Positions 40,519 through 49,473 are shown, counted from the stretch's first letter. The stretch: 64,000 nt of DNA from Planctomycetota bacterium (GCA_044230075.1 JBGARS010000016.1:533-64532); one strand, 5' to 3'. The notes: generated by a model from the sequence alone, not told the origin. Translations and numbers: made by a program.

Positions 40519-41442
40519 GTGAAGACCCGCCACGTCCTGCTGATCGCGAAGTACTCCGCGCGCTATTCGGTGCGCGGCGGCATCGGCCTCGTGTTCCTGC
40601 TGCTGTCGTTGTCGTTCGGCCTCCTGGTCGCGCAGGCGATGCTGCAGCCGGTCGAACTCGGGGCGAGCCAGTTCGCGAAGCGCTCGCGCAGCGGCGACCA
40701 GCAGGAGGCGCGGCAGTACGTGCTGGAGCAGCTGACCGAACGCAGCAAGCCAGTGATCGCGTGGATGCTGAAGCCGAGCAGCGCCGAGCCGGATGCGGCG
40801 GCGGACCGCGCCGCCGACGACTGGACCGATTACCTGCTCGACGACCGGCCGGGCATGTTGTCCGCGATCTTCCTGATCCTGCTGTTCGGCTGGCCGCTGG
40901 TGGTGGCGTTCGGTGCGTTCGACCTCTACTCCGGTGACATCGGCTCGCGGCAGCTGCGCTACCAGCTGCTGCGCACGGACCGCAGCAGCATCTACTTCGG
41001 CCGGTTGCTCGGCATGCTGGCGACGTTCGTGATCGTGCTGGTGCTGCTGGGCACGACGGTGACCGCCTACATGGGGCTGAAGTTGGGGCTGTACCCGTGG
41101 CCGGCGCTGCTGGGCTGGGGCGCCTACTGCACGCTGGCGATGGTCGTCGTGTCGGTGCCCTACATCGCGTTGTGCGCGTGGATCTCGACCGGCTTCGGCT
41201 CGTCGTTCGCGTCGCTGACGATCGCCTCGCTGGTGGTCAGTGGCGTGCCGTTGTTCGCCCTGCTCGGCCAGCGGCTGCACGAATCCGCCGCCTACGTGAA
41301 CTACGTGCTGCCGTGGGGCTTCCAGATGCGCCTGTTCCACCACGATCCGGTGCAGGTGGCGCTGGCCGTCAGCGGCTGCGTGCTGCAGACGGCGCTGTTC
41401 CTGTGGCTCGGCTACCGCAAGTTCACCCGGCGCGATCTCTGA
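40519..41442 (+). CDS. ABC-2 type transporter permease
   Basis: FDLYSGDIGSRQLRYQLLRTDRSSIYFGRLLG motif; about six TM helices. Confidence 0.8.
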   Translation: MKTRHVLLIAKYSARYSVRGGIGLVFLLLSLSFGLLVAQAMLQPVELGASQFAKRSRSGDQQEARQYVLEQLTERSKPVIAWMLKPSSAEPDAAADRAADDWTDYLLDDRPGMLSAIFLILLFGWPLVVAFGAFDLYSGDIGSRQLRYQLLRTDRSSIYFGRLLGMLATFVIVLVLLGTTVTAYMGLKLGLYPWPALLGWGAYCTLAMVVVSVPYIALCAWISTGFGSSFASLTIASLVVSGVPLFALLGQRLHESAAYVNYVLPWGFQMRLFHHDPVQVALAVSGCVLQTALFLWLGYRKFTRRDL

Positions 41443-41452
41443 CCCGTTCGCC

Positions 41453-42391
41453 ATGACCGAACCCGCCCTCTGCATCCGCGACCTGAGCAAGCGCTTCGAC
41501 CAGACGAAGGCGCTCGATGCGGTCAGCTTCGACGTGCCGCAGGGATCGATCTTCGGCCTGCTTGGGCCCAACGGGGCCGGCAAGACGACCCTGTTCTCGA
41601 TTGCCGCGGGCTTCCTGAGCGCCGACGCCGGCAGCCTGCGCGTGCTCGGCGTCGACATCGCCCACGTCGCCGAGCTGCAGGGGCGCATGACGATCCTGCC
41701 GCAGGATGCGTCGTTCCAGAAGAACGTGCCGATCCTCGAACAGCTCGCATTCCTGCGCCAGCTCGACGGCAGTGACCGCAAGACCGCCGAACGCGAGGTC
41801 ACCGAGGCGCTCGAGCTGGTCGGCATCGCCGAATACAAGAAGCGCGGCATCCACGCGCTGTCGCACGGCATGCTGAAGCGCATGGGCATCGCGCAGGCGT
41901 TCCTCGGCCAGCCCGAGGTGATCCTGCTCGACGAGCCGACGTCGGGCCTCGATCCGAAGAACGCGCGGCAGATCCGCGACCTGGTGCGCGAGCTGCAGCA
42001 GCGGCGCCAGGTGACGACCGTGATCAGCTCGCACAACCTGGCCGAGATCCAGGAACTGTGCGACCACGTCGCGATCCTCGACCACGGCCGCGTGATGGCG
42101 GCCGGCGCGGTCGACGAGATCACGCGCGCCGGGCGGCGGCTCGACCTCGAGCTGCCGCGCGAACTGACCGCGGACGAACGCGCGCGGCTCGGTGCGCTTG
42201 CCGGCGTGCAGGCGATCGAGGCCAAGGCGGCGCGGCGCTACCGGCTCTTGTTGGCCGACGGCGACGACCAGGTCGTGATCGCAGCGTTGCGGCTGCTGCT
42301 CGACGCCGGCATCGCGCCACGCAACGTCACCACGGCGAACAGCCTCGAAGAGTTCTTCCTGTCGGTGACCGGCGGCGACGAAGCGGCGTGA
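41453..42391 (+). CDS. ABC transporter ATP-binding protein
   Basis: GLLGPNGAGKTT, LSHGMLKRMGIA, LDEPTSGLDP, SSHNL. Confidence 0.92.
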   Translation: MTEPALCIRDLSKRFDQTKALDAVSFDVPQGSIFGLLGPNGAGKTTLFSIAAGFLSADAGSLRVLGVDIAHVAELQGRMTILPQDASFQKNVPILEQLAFLRQLDGSDRKTAEREVTEALELVGIAEYKKRGIHALSHGMLKRMGIAQAFLGQPEVILLDEPTSGLDPKNARQIRDLVRELQQRRQVTTVISSHNLAEIQELCDHVAILDHGRVMAAGAVDEITRAGRRLDLELPRELTADERARLGALAGVQAIEAKAARRYRLLLADGDDQVVIAALRLLLDAGIAPRNVTTANSLEEFFLSVTGGDEAA

Positions 42392-42398
42392 GGCGTTC

Positions 42399-43802
42399 TC
42401 AGCGGCCGAGCACCAGCGCCCGGCGTACGGCGGCGAGTGGCGCCTCGTCGTCGAACTGCACGTGCCCACCTTCGAGCCGCACGCCGAGGTCGCGCCACAG
42501 CGACTGCAGGTCGTGCGGTCCGGGTGAGCTGCGCATCGCCGCGTAGAGATCGGTCAGCACCGTCGTGCCGGTGGCGTCGTCGGCCAGGCGCAGCACTTCT
42601 TCGATCGGCCACATCGTGGTGATGTTGCCGCCGGCGGCGACGATCTTGCGCATCGCGTCCTGCAGCGAGCGGCGGTTGTCGGTCAGGCGGCGGATCTCGA
42701 CGTCGGCGCGCAGGCAGAAGATCGCGCCGCCGTAGTAGGTGCGGCCCCAGCTGTGGTCGTCGTCGAGCCCAGAAGCCCCTGCTGCCGCCAGCCCCTGGTC
42801 GTAGTCCTCGAGCATCGCTTGCCACACCTGCTGCTCGGTGACGCGGCCGGCACGCGCCTGCAGCAGCGGTTCGATGTAGGTCGCGCTGCCTTCTTCGAGC
42901 CAGTGGTGCTGCGGCGCCAGCGACGGCAACGCCAGGTGCACCATCTCGTGGAACAGCACCCAGTCGCCGCGGAAGTCGTCGGCAGAGAACCGCAGCGGCA
43001 CGTCGACGAAGATGCGCGCGCCGCCGCCGATGCCGCGCGCGGAGCCACCGGTGATCGTGCGCCGATGGCCGGGCGTCACCATCAGCAGCAGGCGTGGCAC
43101 CGGGAAGGTGCCGCAGTAGTCGCGGATCGAGGCGGCGGCGTCGGCGACCCAGGCGTCCAGCGCGCGAGCGTTCGCTTCGCGGCGTGGACCGAGTTCGGCG
43201 ACCTCGATCGCGACGTCGCCGGACTTCACGGTGCGAGGCGCGAACGTGCCGAAGGTGCAGGGCGGCAGCATGCCCAGATCCTGCAGCGACCCGGCCCAGC
43301 CGGTCGTTGTCCGCGGCGAGGCACACAGGAACGTCTGCGCGCCGGCGTCGACCTGCAGCGTGAACTGCGTGTCGTCGGTGCCGTCCGCCGGCCGCAGCAG
43401 GAACGCGCCGAGCGAGCCTGTGAACTGGCCGCCACGCCGCGCTGCCACCTCGATGTCGTCGATGGCCGCAGAGGCCTCGCGGGCACGGAAGCGCCAGTGC
43501 AGCTCGCGCGGCAGCGCCGCGGTGGGAACGGCGAACGCGCCGTCGACCGGTTGCAGCCGCTGCGAGCCACCGTTGCCGATCGCTTCGACGTCGGCGAGGA
43601 ACGGTCGCGCTGCTGGCGCCACGGTGACGCGCAGCGACGGACCCGCCGGCAGCGTCAGCCGCACACCGAGGACCGCACCGTCCTCGGGCAGCGTGACGCG
43701 GTAGGCCCAGCCATCGCTGGGCGTGCTCGGCGCTGGGGCCGAGCAGGCGCTCCCGAGCAGCAGCGCGCAGGCGGCGGCGCGGAAGCGCGGGGTGGCGGAC
43801 AC
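42399..43802 (-). CDS. M61-like zinc metallopeptidase, probable lipoprotein
   Basis: LLGSAC lipobox-like; HEMVH...WLEEGSATY gluzincin motif; YYGGA..CL..D..IR. GTG start 7 nt after the upstream stop. Confidence 0.78.
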   Translation of the reverse strand: MSATPRFRAAACALLLGSACSAPAPSTPSDGWAYRVTLPEDGAVLGVRLTLPAGPSLRVTVAPAARPFLADVEAIGNGGSQRLQPVDGAFAVPTAALPRELHWRFRAREASAAIDDIEVAARRGGQFTGSLGAFLLRPADGTDDTQFTLQVDAGAQTFLCASPRTTTGWAGSLQDLGMLPPCTFGTFAPRTVKSGDVAIEVAELGPRREANARALDAWVADAAASIRDYCGTFPVPRLLLMVTPGHRRTITGGSARGIGGGARIFVDVPLRFSADDFRGDWVLFHEMVHLALPSLAPQHHWLEEGSATYIEPLLQARAGRVTEQQVWQAMLEDYDQGLAAAGASGLDDDHSWGRTYYGGAIFCLRADVEIRRLTDNRRSLQDAMRKIVAAGGNITTMWPIEEVLRLADDATGTTVLTDLYAAMRSSPGPHDLQSLWRDLGVRLEGGHVQFDDEAPLAAVRRALVLGR

Positions 43803-43809
43803 GGACCGA

Positions 43810-44226
43810 TCAGTGCTTGACCGGGACCGCGCAGCCGCCCTTGCCCTTGCACGAGTTCTTGCCGGCGCAGCCTGCGTCACCGGCCTTGCAGCCGCCCTGG
43901 CCCTTGCACGAGTTGGTGCCCTTGCAGCTGTGGTGCGCGGCGGTCGCGCAGCCACCCTTGCCCTTGCAGCTGTTCTTGCCGGCGCAACCGGCGTCGCCGG
44001 TCTTGCAGCCGCCCGTGCCCTTGCACGAGTTCAAGCCCTTGCAGGCGTTCTTGTCGGTGGTGGCGGCCGGCGTGGGGTTGGCGGCCGGCGTCGGCGCGGC
44101 GTGCGGGGCGGGCGTCGTGGTCGGCGCCGCTTCCTTCTTGCTGCAGGAGGTCAGCGACGTGGCGGCGCCGCCGAGCAGCAGGCCCGAGACGGCGGCGGAG
44201 AGGAGGACGGACTTGGTGGTCTTCAT
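43810..44226 (-). CDS. Cys-rich lipoprotein resembling BufA2-type bufferin precursors
   Basis: MKTTKS...SLTS|C lipobox; Pro/Ala/Thr linker; four C[KA]GxNSCKGxGGC units (12 Cys); HH and terminal H. Confidence 0.85.
   Translation of the reverse strand: MKTTKSVLLSAAVSGLLLGGAATSLTSCSKKEAAPTTTPAPHAAPTPAANPTPAATTDKNACKGLNSCKGTGGCKTGDAGCAGKNSCKGKGGCATAAHHSCKGTNSCKGQGGCKAGDAGCAGKNSCKGKGGCAVPVKH
43830..44043. repeat. 117-nt (39-aa) internal tandem duplication in the Cys-rich gene
   Basis: gcagccgcccttgcccttgcacgagttcttgccggcgca at 43830 recurs as gcagccacccttgcccttgcagctgttcttgccggcgca at 43947. Confidence 0.85.
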
Positions 44227-44258
44227 GTGAGTAGTGGTTGCGAGAGAGATGCGCACAT

Positions 44259-44390
44259 CGTCGGATGGACGAAGGGGCGCGAGTTACGACCGGTTTCCCG
44301 ACTCGGTCCCGGCGGCGCGGCAATATTCGGCGCGGGACAGGTCGCCGTCCAGCGGAGAGTCGTAACACCGGCCCGCTTCTCTCCACGTCG
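44259..44390. promoter_or_regulatory. Twin divergent motif GTCGTAAC-N19-CG(A/T)CG, possibly ECF-sigma promoters
   Basis: Minus strand: GTCGTAAC 44290-44283, CGACG 44263-44259. Plus strand: GTCGTAAC 44359-44366, CGTCG 44386-44390. Confidence 0.55.
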
Positions 44391-44404
44391 TCCCGCTCGC
44401 CGCC

Positions 44405-46099
44405 ATGAATCGTTTCCTTCGTCGTGCGCTGCTCGGCGCTCTGTCCGGTCTCGTCGCCAGCCCGATCCTGGGTCTGACCGTCGGTCGAGACACGGGGTCT
44501 TGGGTGGCGTTCCTCCTGGCGATCGTGGTCGCCAGCGCCCTGGCGCTGCCGCGGCGCCCGGCCGGCCGGCCGCGGCCCGAACTGCTGATGGAGGTCGCCG
44601 CGCTCGGTGTGCCGCTGTGGGCGCTGGTGGACGTGGTGCTGGTGCCGCTGCTGGCCGGCGATGCGCCGCGCTGGACCGCCGCGGCGATGCGAGACGTGTT
44701 CCCGGCGCTGGCCGGCTGGATGCTGTTCCAGGCGGCGGTCGGCCTCGTGCTGCATCTCGTCGATGGCCTCGCCGAGCGTTGGCTCGGCGCCGAGTTCGTG
44801 CCGGCGCCGCCGGTCGCTGGGGCGCCGCAGCGCATCCTCATTCTCGGCGGCGGCTTCGCCGGCGTGTCGACGGCCGAACACCTCGAACACCGGTTCGGCG
44901 CCAGCGCCGAGGTCGAACTGACCCTGGTCAGCGAGACCAACGCGATGTTGTTCACGCCGATGCTGGCCGAAGTCGCCGCCAGCAGCCTCGAGGCGGCGCA
45001 CATCACCAGCCCGCTGCGCACGGGGCTGCGGCGCACCGAGGTCGTGCGCGGCCGCGTCGTCGGCGTCGACCTCGAGCAGAAGGTCGCGCGCGTGCAGCTG
45101 GCGGTCGGTGACGAACGCGAACTCGCCTACGACCACGTCGTGTTCGCACTCGGCGCGGTGTCGAACTACCTCGGCATGGCCGGTGTCGAGGCGCACGCGT
45201 TCGACTTCAAGTCGATCGCCGACGCGATGGCGATCCGCAACCACGTCATCGACTGCTTCGAGCGCGCCGACGGCGAACAGGATCCGGTCGAGCGGCGGCG
45301 GCTGGTCACGTTCGTGGTCGCCGGCGGCGGCTTCGCCGGCGCCGAGCTGGCCGGCGGCCTCAACGACTTCACGCGCGGCATGCTGGCGTTCTATCCGCGC
45401 GTGCCGCGCGAGGAGCTGCAGGTCGTGCTGGTGCATGGCCGCGACCGCATCCTCAACGAACTCAGCGAACCGCTGGCGCTGCACGCGCAGCAGCGCATGA
45501 CCGAGCGCGGCGTCACGTTCCGGCTGGGCACGCGCCTGAAGGACGCGGATGCCGAGCGGGTCGTGCTGTCCGATGGCGAGGTCGCGTCGCGCACGCTGGT
45601 GTGGACCGCGGGCACGGCGCCGAATCCGCTGCTGCGCGCGCTCGGCGTCGAGGTCGACAAGCGCGGTGCCGTGCTGACCGACGCGATGATGCGGGTGAAG
45701 GGCCGCAGCGACGCGTGGGCGGTCGGTGATGCGGCATCGATCCCGAACGCCGCCACCGGCACGTCGTGTCCGCCGACGGCGCAGTTCGCGATCCGGCAGG
45801 CGGCGCAACTGGCGCAGAACCTGCAGGCGACGGTGCGCGGCCGCGCGCTGCGCCCGTTCCGCTTCGCGCCGCTCGGTGCTTTGTGCGTGGTCGGCCACCA
45901 CACCGCGTGTGCGGAGATCAAGGGCCTGCGCTTCTCGGGCCTGCTCGCGTGGGTGATGTGGCGTGGCATCTACCTCAGCAAGCTGCCGAGCATCGAACGC
46001 AAGGTGCGCGTCGTCGTCGACTGGACCATCGAGCTGTTCTTCCCGCGCGACATCGTGCAGACGATCGACCTGGCGCCGCGCACCGGGAGCAGCCGATGA
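44405..46099 (+). CDS. ndh: Type II NAD(P)H dehydrogenase-like flavoprotein with N-terminal membrane domain
   Basis: ILILGGGFAG, LFTPMLAEVA, YDHVVFALGA, VVAGGGFAGAELAG, WAVGDAA, PPTAQFA; about 125-aa hydrophobic N-terminus. Confidence 0.85.
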   Translation: MNRFLRRALLGALSGLVASPILGLTVGRDTGSWVAFLLAIVVASALALPRRPAGRPRPELLMEVAALGVPLWALVDVVLVPLLAGDAPRWTAAAMRDVFPALAGWMLFQAAVGLVLHLVDGLAERWLGAEFVPAPPVAGAPQRILILGGGFAGVSTAEHLEHRFGASAEVELTLVSETNAMLFTPMLAEVAASSLEAAHITSPLRTGLRRTEVVRGRVVGVDLEQKVARVQLAVGDERELAYDHVVFALGAVSNYLGMAGVEAHAFDFKSIADAMAIRNHVIDCFERADGEQDPVERRRLVTFVVAGGGFAGAELAGGLNDFTRGMLAFYPRVPREELQVVLVHGRDRILNELSEPLALHAQQRMTERGVTFRLGTRLKDADAERVVLSDGEVASRTLVWTAGTAPNPLLRALGVEVDKRGAVLTDAMMRVKGRSDAWAVGDAASIPNAATGTSCPPTAQFAIRQAAQLAQNLQATVRGRALRPFRFAPLGALCVVGHHTACAEIKGLRFSGLLAWVMWRGIYLSKLPSIERKVRVVVDWTIELFFPRDIVQTIDLAPRTGSSR

Positions 46100-47487
46100 A
46101 CGCCCATCCCTCCCTGTTGCTGCAACTGGGCGTTGCGACGCTGATCGGCTGCCTCGGCGGCGGTGCCTGCCTCGCGCTCGGCTACGCCGACGCGGTCTCC
46201 GGTCCGATCGCCGGCGCCGGCGGTGGACTCGTGTTCGCGTGGCTGCTGCAGGGTCGCGCGATCGACGCTGGCGAAGGGCTGATCTGGGGCCTCGCGTTCG
46301 CGTTCTTGTGGTGGCTCGCGCTGCCGGCCGGCCTGCTCGCCGCCGCGTCGGCCGGCGAGGCCGCCTGCCAGCTGTCGACCGTGCGCACGCAGGTGCCGAT
46401 GCTGATCGGCTACCTCGTGTGCCTCGGCGCACCGCTCGGACTGGGCATGGGGCTGTGGGCGTCCTGGCGGGGGAGTTCGGGGCGCAGCGTTTTCCGCGTC
46501 TCGCGCGCGCTGGTCGTCGGCGGCCTCGCCGGCCTCGTCGGCAGCCGCGTGTTCGCGTCGGTCGGCGACTCGATGCTGTCGCCGCTGCCCGGCGGCGATG
46601 CCAGCCGCGTGCTGCAGCACTTCGCTACCGCGATCGCGATCGGTGCCGTCTACGGGCTGCTGTTCCAACGCGCCGTGCGCGGGCTCGGCTCCTGCATGGG
46701 TTGGGGCATGGCCTACGGCATGTTGTGGTGGTGCCTCGGCCCGATGACGGCGAGCCCGCTGCTGCGCGGCGAAGCCATCGACTGGAGCGTGGATCGCGCG
46801 GCGTCGGCGTACGGGCTGTTCGTCGCGCATGTGTTCTTCGGCCTGCTGCTCGGGCTGCTCTACGAGGCGGTCGACAAGGTCTGGCAGGCGCTGTTCGTCG
46901 AGTCGGACCCGCTGCACCGCGAACCGGAAGGCATCGGCACGCGCTTCACGCTGGCACTGCTGTGGGGCGCGGTCGCGGGGCTGGCCGGCGGCCTCGTGTT
47001 CAGCCTGCCGATGCTCGACACCGGCATCCTGCCGTACGTCGCGAGCCTCGCCGGCGGCACCAGCGAATGGCTCGGCTTCGGCCTGCACCTGTCGATCAGC
47101 GTGCTGATCGGCATGCTCTACGGCGCGCTGTTCGCACGGCAGACGCCGGACCTCGGCATCGCCTTCGGCTGGGGCCTGCTGTACGGCTTGATCTGGTGGT
47201 ACCTGGGGCAGCTGACCCTGTTTCCGCACCTGCTCGGCGAAGCGTTCGACTGGTCGATCCTCGGCGCCAGCACCGCGCTGCCGTCGCTGGTGGGGCATCT
47301 CGCGTATGGCGCGACCACGGCGGGCGTGTTCGTCGCGTTCGAGTTGTGGTACGGCCGACGCCGCGCCGTCGATCCGCGGTATCGGGCCCGGGTGGCGCGC
47401 GCGCGGCGTGGTGGCGGCAGTCCCGCGGCGGCGCTGTGGGTGTTCGCGCTGGGACTTGGCGTGCTGCTGCCTATCGTGCTGGGCTGA
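46096..47487 (+). CDS. Polytopic membrane protein with three internal repeats and TM His pairs
   Basis: WG..(Y/F)(G/A)..WW repeated three times; His in QHF/AHV (repeat 2) and LHL/GHL (repeat 3). ATGA coupling to ndh. Confidence 0.8.
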   Translation: MNAHPSLLLQLGVATLIGCLGGGACLALGYADAVSGPIAGAGGGLVFAWLLQGRAIDAGEGLIWGLAFAFLWWLALPAGLLAAASAGEAACQLSTVRTQVPMLIGYLVCLGAPLGLGMGLWASWRGSSGRSVFRVSRALVVGGLAGLVGSRVFASVGDSMLSPLPGGDASRVLQHFATAIAIGAVYGLLFQRAVRGLGSCMGWGMAYGMLWWCLGPMTASPLLRGEAIDWSVDRAASAYGLFVAHVFFGLLLGLLYEAVDKVWQALFVESDPLHREPEGIGTRFTLALLWGAVAGLAGGLVFSLPMLDTGILPYVASLAGGTSEWLGFGLHLSISVLIGMLYGALFARQTPDLGIAFGWGLLYGLIWWYLGQLTLFPHLLGEAFDWSILGASTALPSLVGHLAYGATTAGVFVAFELWYGRRRAVDPRYRARVARARRGGGSPAAALWVFALGLGVLLPIVLG

Positions 47488-47495
47488 CGGGCGGC

Positions 47496-47520
47496 GGAAC
47501 GGTTGTTCTGCGGGCCCGTA
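47496..47520 (+). promoter_or_regulatory. ECF-type promoter candidate upstream of doxX
   Basis: GGAAC (47496-47500)-N16-CGTA (47517-47520). Confidence 0.45.
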
Positions 47521-47558
47521 TCAGCCGCGCCTCCACTCTCCAACCCTCGGTTCGTCGC

Positions 47559-48035
47559 ATGAGTTCTTCGCAAGGTCGTCTGCAGTCTGTCTACCGCCTG
47601 ATGGATTCGGTGTGCACGCCACTGGGCCAGCTGGTCGCGCGCATCGTGTTCGGCCAGGCCTTCCTGATCACCGGCTGGGGCAAGCTGCACAACCTCGACG
47701 GGGTCGTGAAGTTCTTCACCGACCTCGGCATCCCGGCCGCCAACGTGCAGGCGCCGTTCGTCGCCGGCGTCGAGTTCGTCGGCGGCATCTTCCTGCTGCT
47801 GGGACTCGGCACCCGCATCTCGGCGCTGTTCCTGGCCAGCACGATGGTGGTCGCGCTGTTGACTGCGCATCGCGCCGACTTCGAACCGGCACTGCTGTTC
47901 GACAAGAGCTTCGCCGACATCACGCCGTTGCCGTTCCTCGTCGCTCTGCTCTGGCTGATGGCGAAGGGTGGCGGGACGGTGAGCGTGGACCGACTGTTCG
48001 CATCGCGCTCGGGCGGCGGCTCGGGCGGGAAGTAA
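47559..48035 (+). CDS. DoxX-family membrane protein
   Basis: VARIVFGQAF...GWGKL, F..LGIP, VEFVGG.FLLLGLGTR, G.G.VSVD. Confidence 0.9.
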   Translation: MSSSQGRLQSVYRLMDSVCTPLGQLVARIVFGQAFLITGWGKLHNLDGVVKFFTDLGIPAANVQAPFVAGVEFVGGIFLLLGLGTRISALFLASTMVVALLTAHRADFEPALLFDKSFADITPLPFLVALLWLMAKGGGTVSVDRLFASRSGGGSGGK

Positions 48036-48038
48036 CGC

Positions 48039-49301
48039 CTACTTGCTGCCGCGGGCGTCGGGCGGCGTCGGCAACGTCGCGGCAGCCGGTGTTTCGCCGG
48101 CCGGCCGAGGCAGCGTGAGCGTCGAGCGCGCTGCGGTCACCGCACCGACCTCCGGCACCAGGAAGCCACCGTTCTGCAGGTAGAAGCGCTCGCCGCGCAC
48201 CCCCGCCGAACGATCGAGCCGCTGCGCGTCGCCGTGGCCGTCGTGCGTGAAGCGCGCCGTCGTCAGCGGCAGCCATTCGCCGGCCGTCGTGCGCGCCCAG
48301 GCGTTGCCGAACTCGCAGTCGCGCAGCAGATCGCCGTTGCTGCCGGAGAAGTTCTCGTTGAACGAGTAGAGCCCGCGCAGCAGCTTGCCGTCCTTCGGCG
48401 CGCGGAAGCTCGCGATCAGTCCCCAACGCTGTTCGGCATCGAACCAGAACCAGCCGGTGTACGTCGTGTGCGTGCCGTCGGCGGCCGCGTGCAGCAGGAA
48501 GCGGAACGTTCTGCCGAGCTGCCAATCGTGCACCAGGTGGCTGTGCCCGCCGGTGCCTTCGTGGCCGAAGCCGCTCGCGACCACGTCCTCGCCCTTCGCG
48601 ACCAGCGTGACCCGGTCGTCGGCCGCGACCTTGTCCCGATCCACGCCTTCGTTGCCGGCGTCCCACACGCTGAAGATCAGCCGCCGTTCGGTCGGACTGT
48701 TGACCTGCATGCCGAAGTAGCCGCGCTGCCAGCCCGCCGCCATGTAGTACGTGTAGAGCGGGTCCGTGCGCGGCGTGACCTCGCAGTAGAACCACTCGAT
48801 GTCCTGCTGGTGTTCCTTCGGCAGCGGGTAGCCGAGGTGCACCGACGCCGCGTTGCGCCGTTCGACGTCGCTCACGTGCGCGTTCGCGACCGCGGGGCCG
48901 GCCAGGTGGAGGCGCGCCAGCGAAGCGATGGGCGAGCCGTCCTTCGTGCGCACCGTCAGGCAGTGGTAGCCGGTGGTCGTGATCGCGAACGCCCGCTCAT
49001 CGTCGTCCGCGGTTGCGCACGCTGTGCCAGCTGGATGCGCCGCGCACGTGACCACCAGGCCCGCGGCCGCCACCTGGCTGGCGGTCCGGAGTTCGACCTG
49101 CAGCGCGCCGGTCTGCCGCAACAGCACGTAGAACCGCAGTTCTCCCTGGCAGTTCGCGACCGTGCCGTCGTCGTGCCGTTCCACCGCGTTGGCATCCGGG
49201 TGCGCGAACCCCGTGAACGCTGGCAGCGTCAGTTCCTGCGCGCGCGGCGCCGCGAGAGCCAGGGTCGGAAGCAGGCAGAGGAGCGCGGCAGACGGCCTCA
49301 T
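48039..49301 (-). CDS. Secreted DUF3472/DUF5077-like protein
   Basis: Signal peptide ...APRA|QE; ASVHL.Y, WFYCEV, TYYMA.GW..GYFGMQVNSPTERR.IFSVWD, SF.ENF. Confidence 0.82.
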   Translation of the reverse strand: MRPSAALLCLLPTLALAAPRAQELTLPAFTGFAHPDANAVERHDDGTVANCQGELRFYVLLRQTGALQVELRTASQVAAAGLVVTCAAHPAGTACATADDDERAFAITTTGYHCLTVRTKDGSPIASLARLHLAGPAVANAHVSDVERRNAASVHLGYPLPKEHQQDIEWFYCEVTPRTDPLYTYYMAAGWQRGYFGMQVNSPTERRLIFSVWDAGNEGVDRDKVAADDRVTLVAKGEDVVASGFGHEGTGGHSHLVHDWQLGRTFRFLLHAAADGTHTTYTGWFWFDAEQRWGLIASFRAPKDGKLLRGLYSFNENFSGSNGDLLRDCEFGNAWARTTAGEWLPLTTARFTHDGHGDAQRLDRSAGVRGERFYLQNGGFLVPEVGAVTAARSTLTLPRPAGETPAAATLPTPPDARGSK

Positions 49302-49323
49302 GCACGAGACACTACGCCGACGC

Positions 49324-49351
49324 TTGTTCGATCCGAGGCACCTGCTACCAT
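49324..49351 (+). promoter_or_regulatory. Sigma70-like promoter of tRNA-Pro
   Basis: TTGTTC-N16-TACCAT, 45 nt upstream of the tRNA. Confidence 0.5.
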
Positions 49352-49396
49352 TCCCGACCCCCTGAGCCCGCAAGGGCTCGAACGTCGGTCTTGGGT

Positions 49397-49473
49397 CGGA
49401 GCGTAGCGCAGCCTGGTAGCGCACCTGCATGGGGTGCAGGGGGTCGGAAGTTCAAATCTTCTCGCTCCGACCA
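49397..49473 (+). tRNA. tRNA-Pro(GGG)
   Basis: CGGAGCG acceptor stem pairing with CGCTCCG-A-CCA; anticodon arm CCTGC-ATGGGGT-GCAGG; T loop TTCAAAT; CCA encoded. Confidence 0.97.

Noticed and set aside
40030-42391. ABC exporter as the dedicated exporter for the Cys-rich peptide
   Set aside because: It is convergent with the peptide operon, the peptide has its own Sec/lipoprotein signal, and there is no C39 domain or other link.
49350-49396. GAGCCC-GCAA-GGGCTC hairpin before the tRNA as a separate ncRNA
   Set aside because: It lies in the tRNA precursor leader and is too short to call independently.
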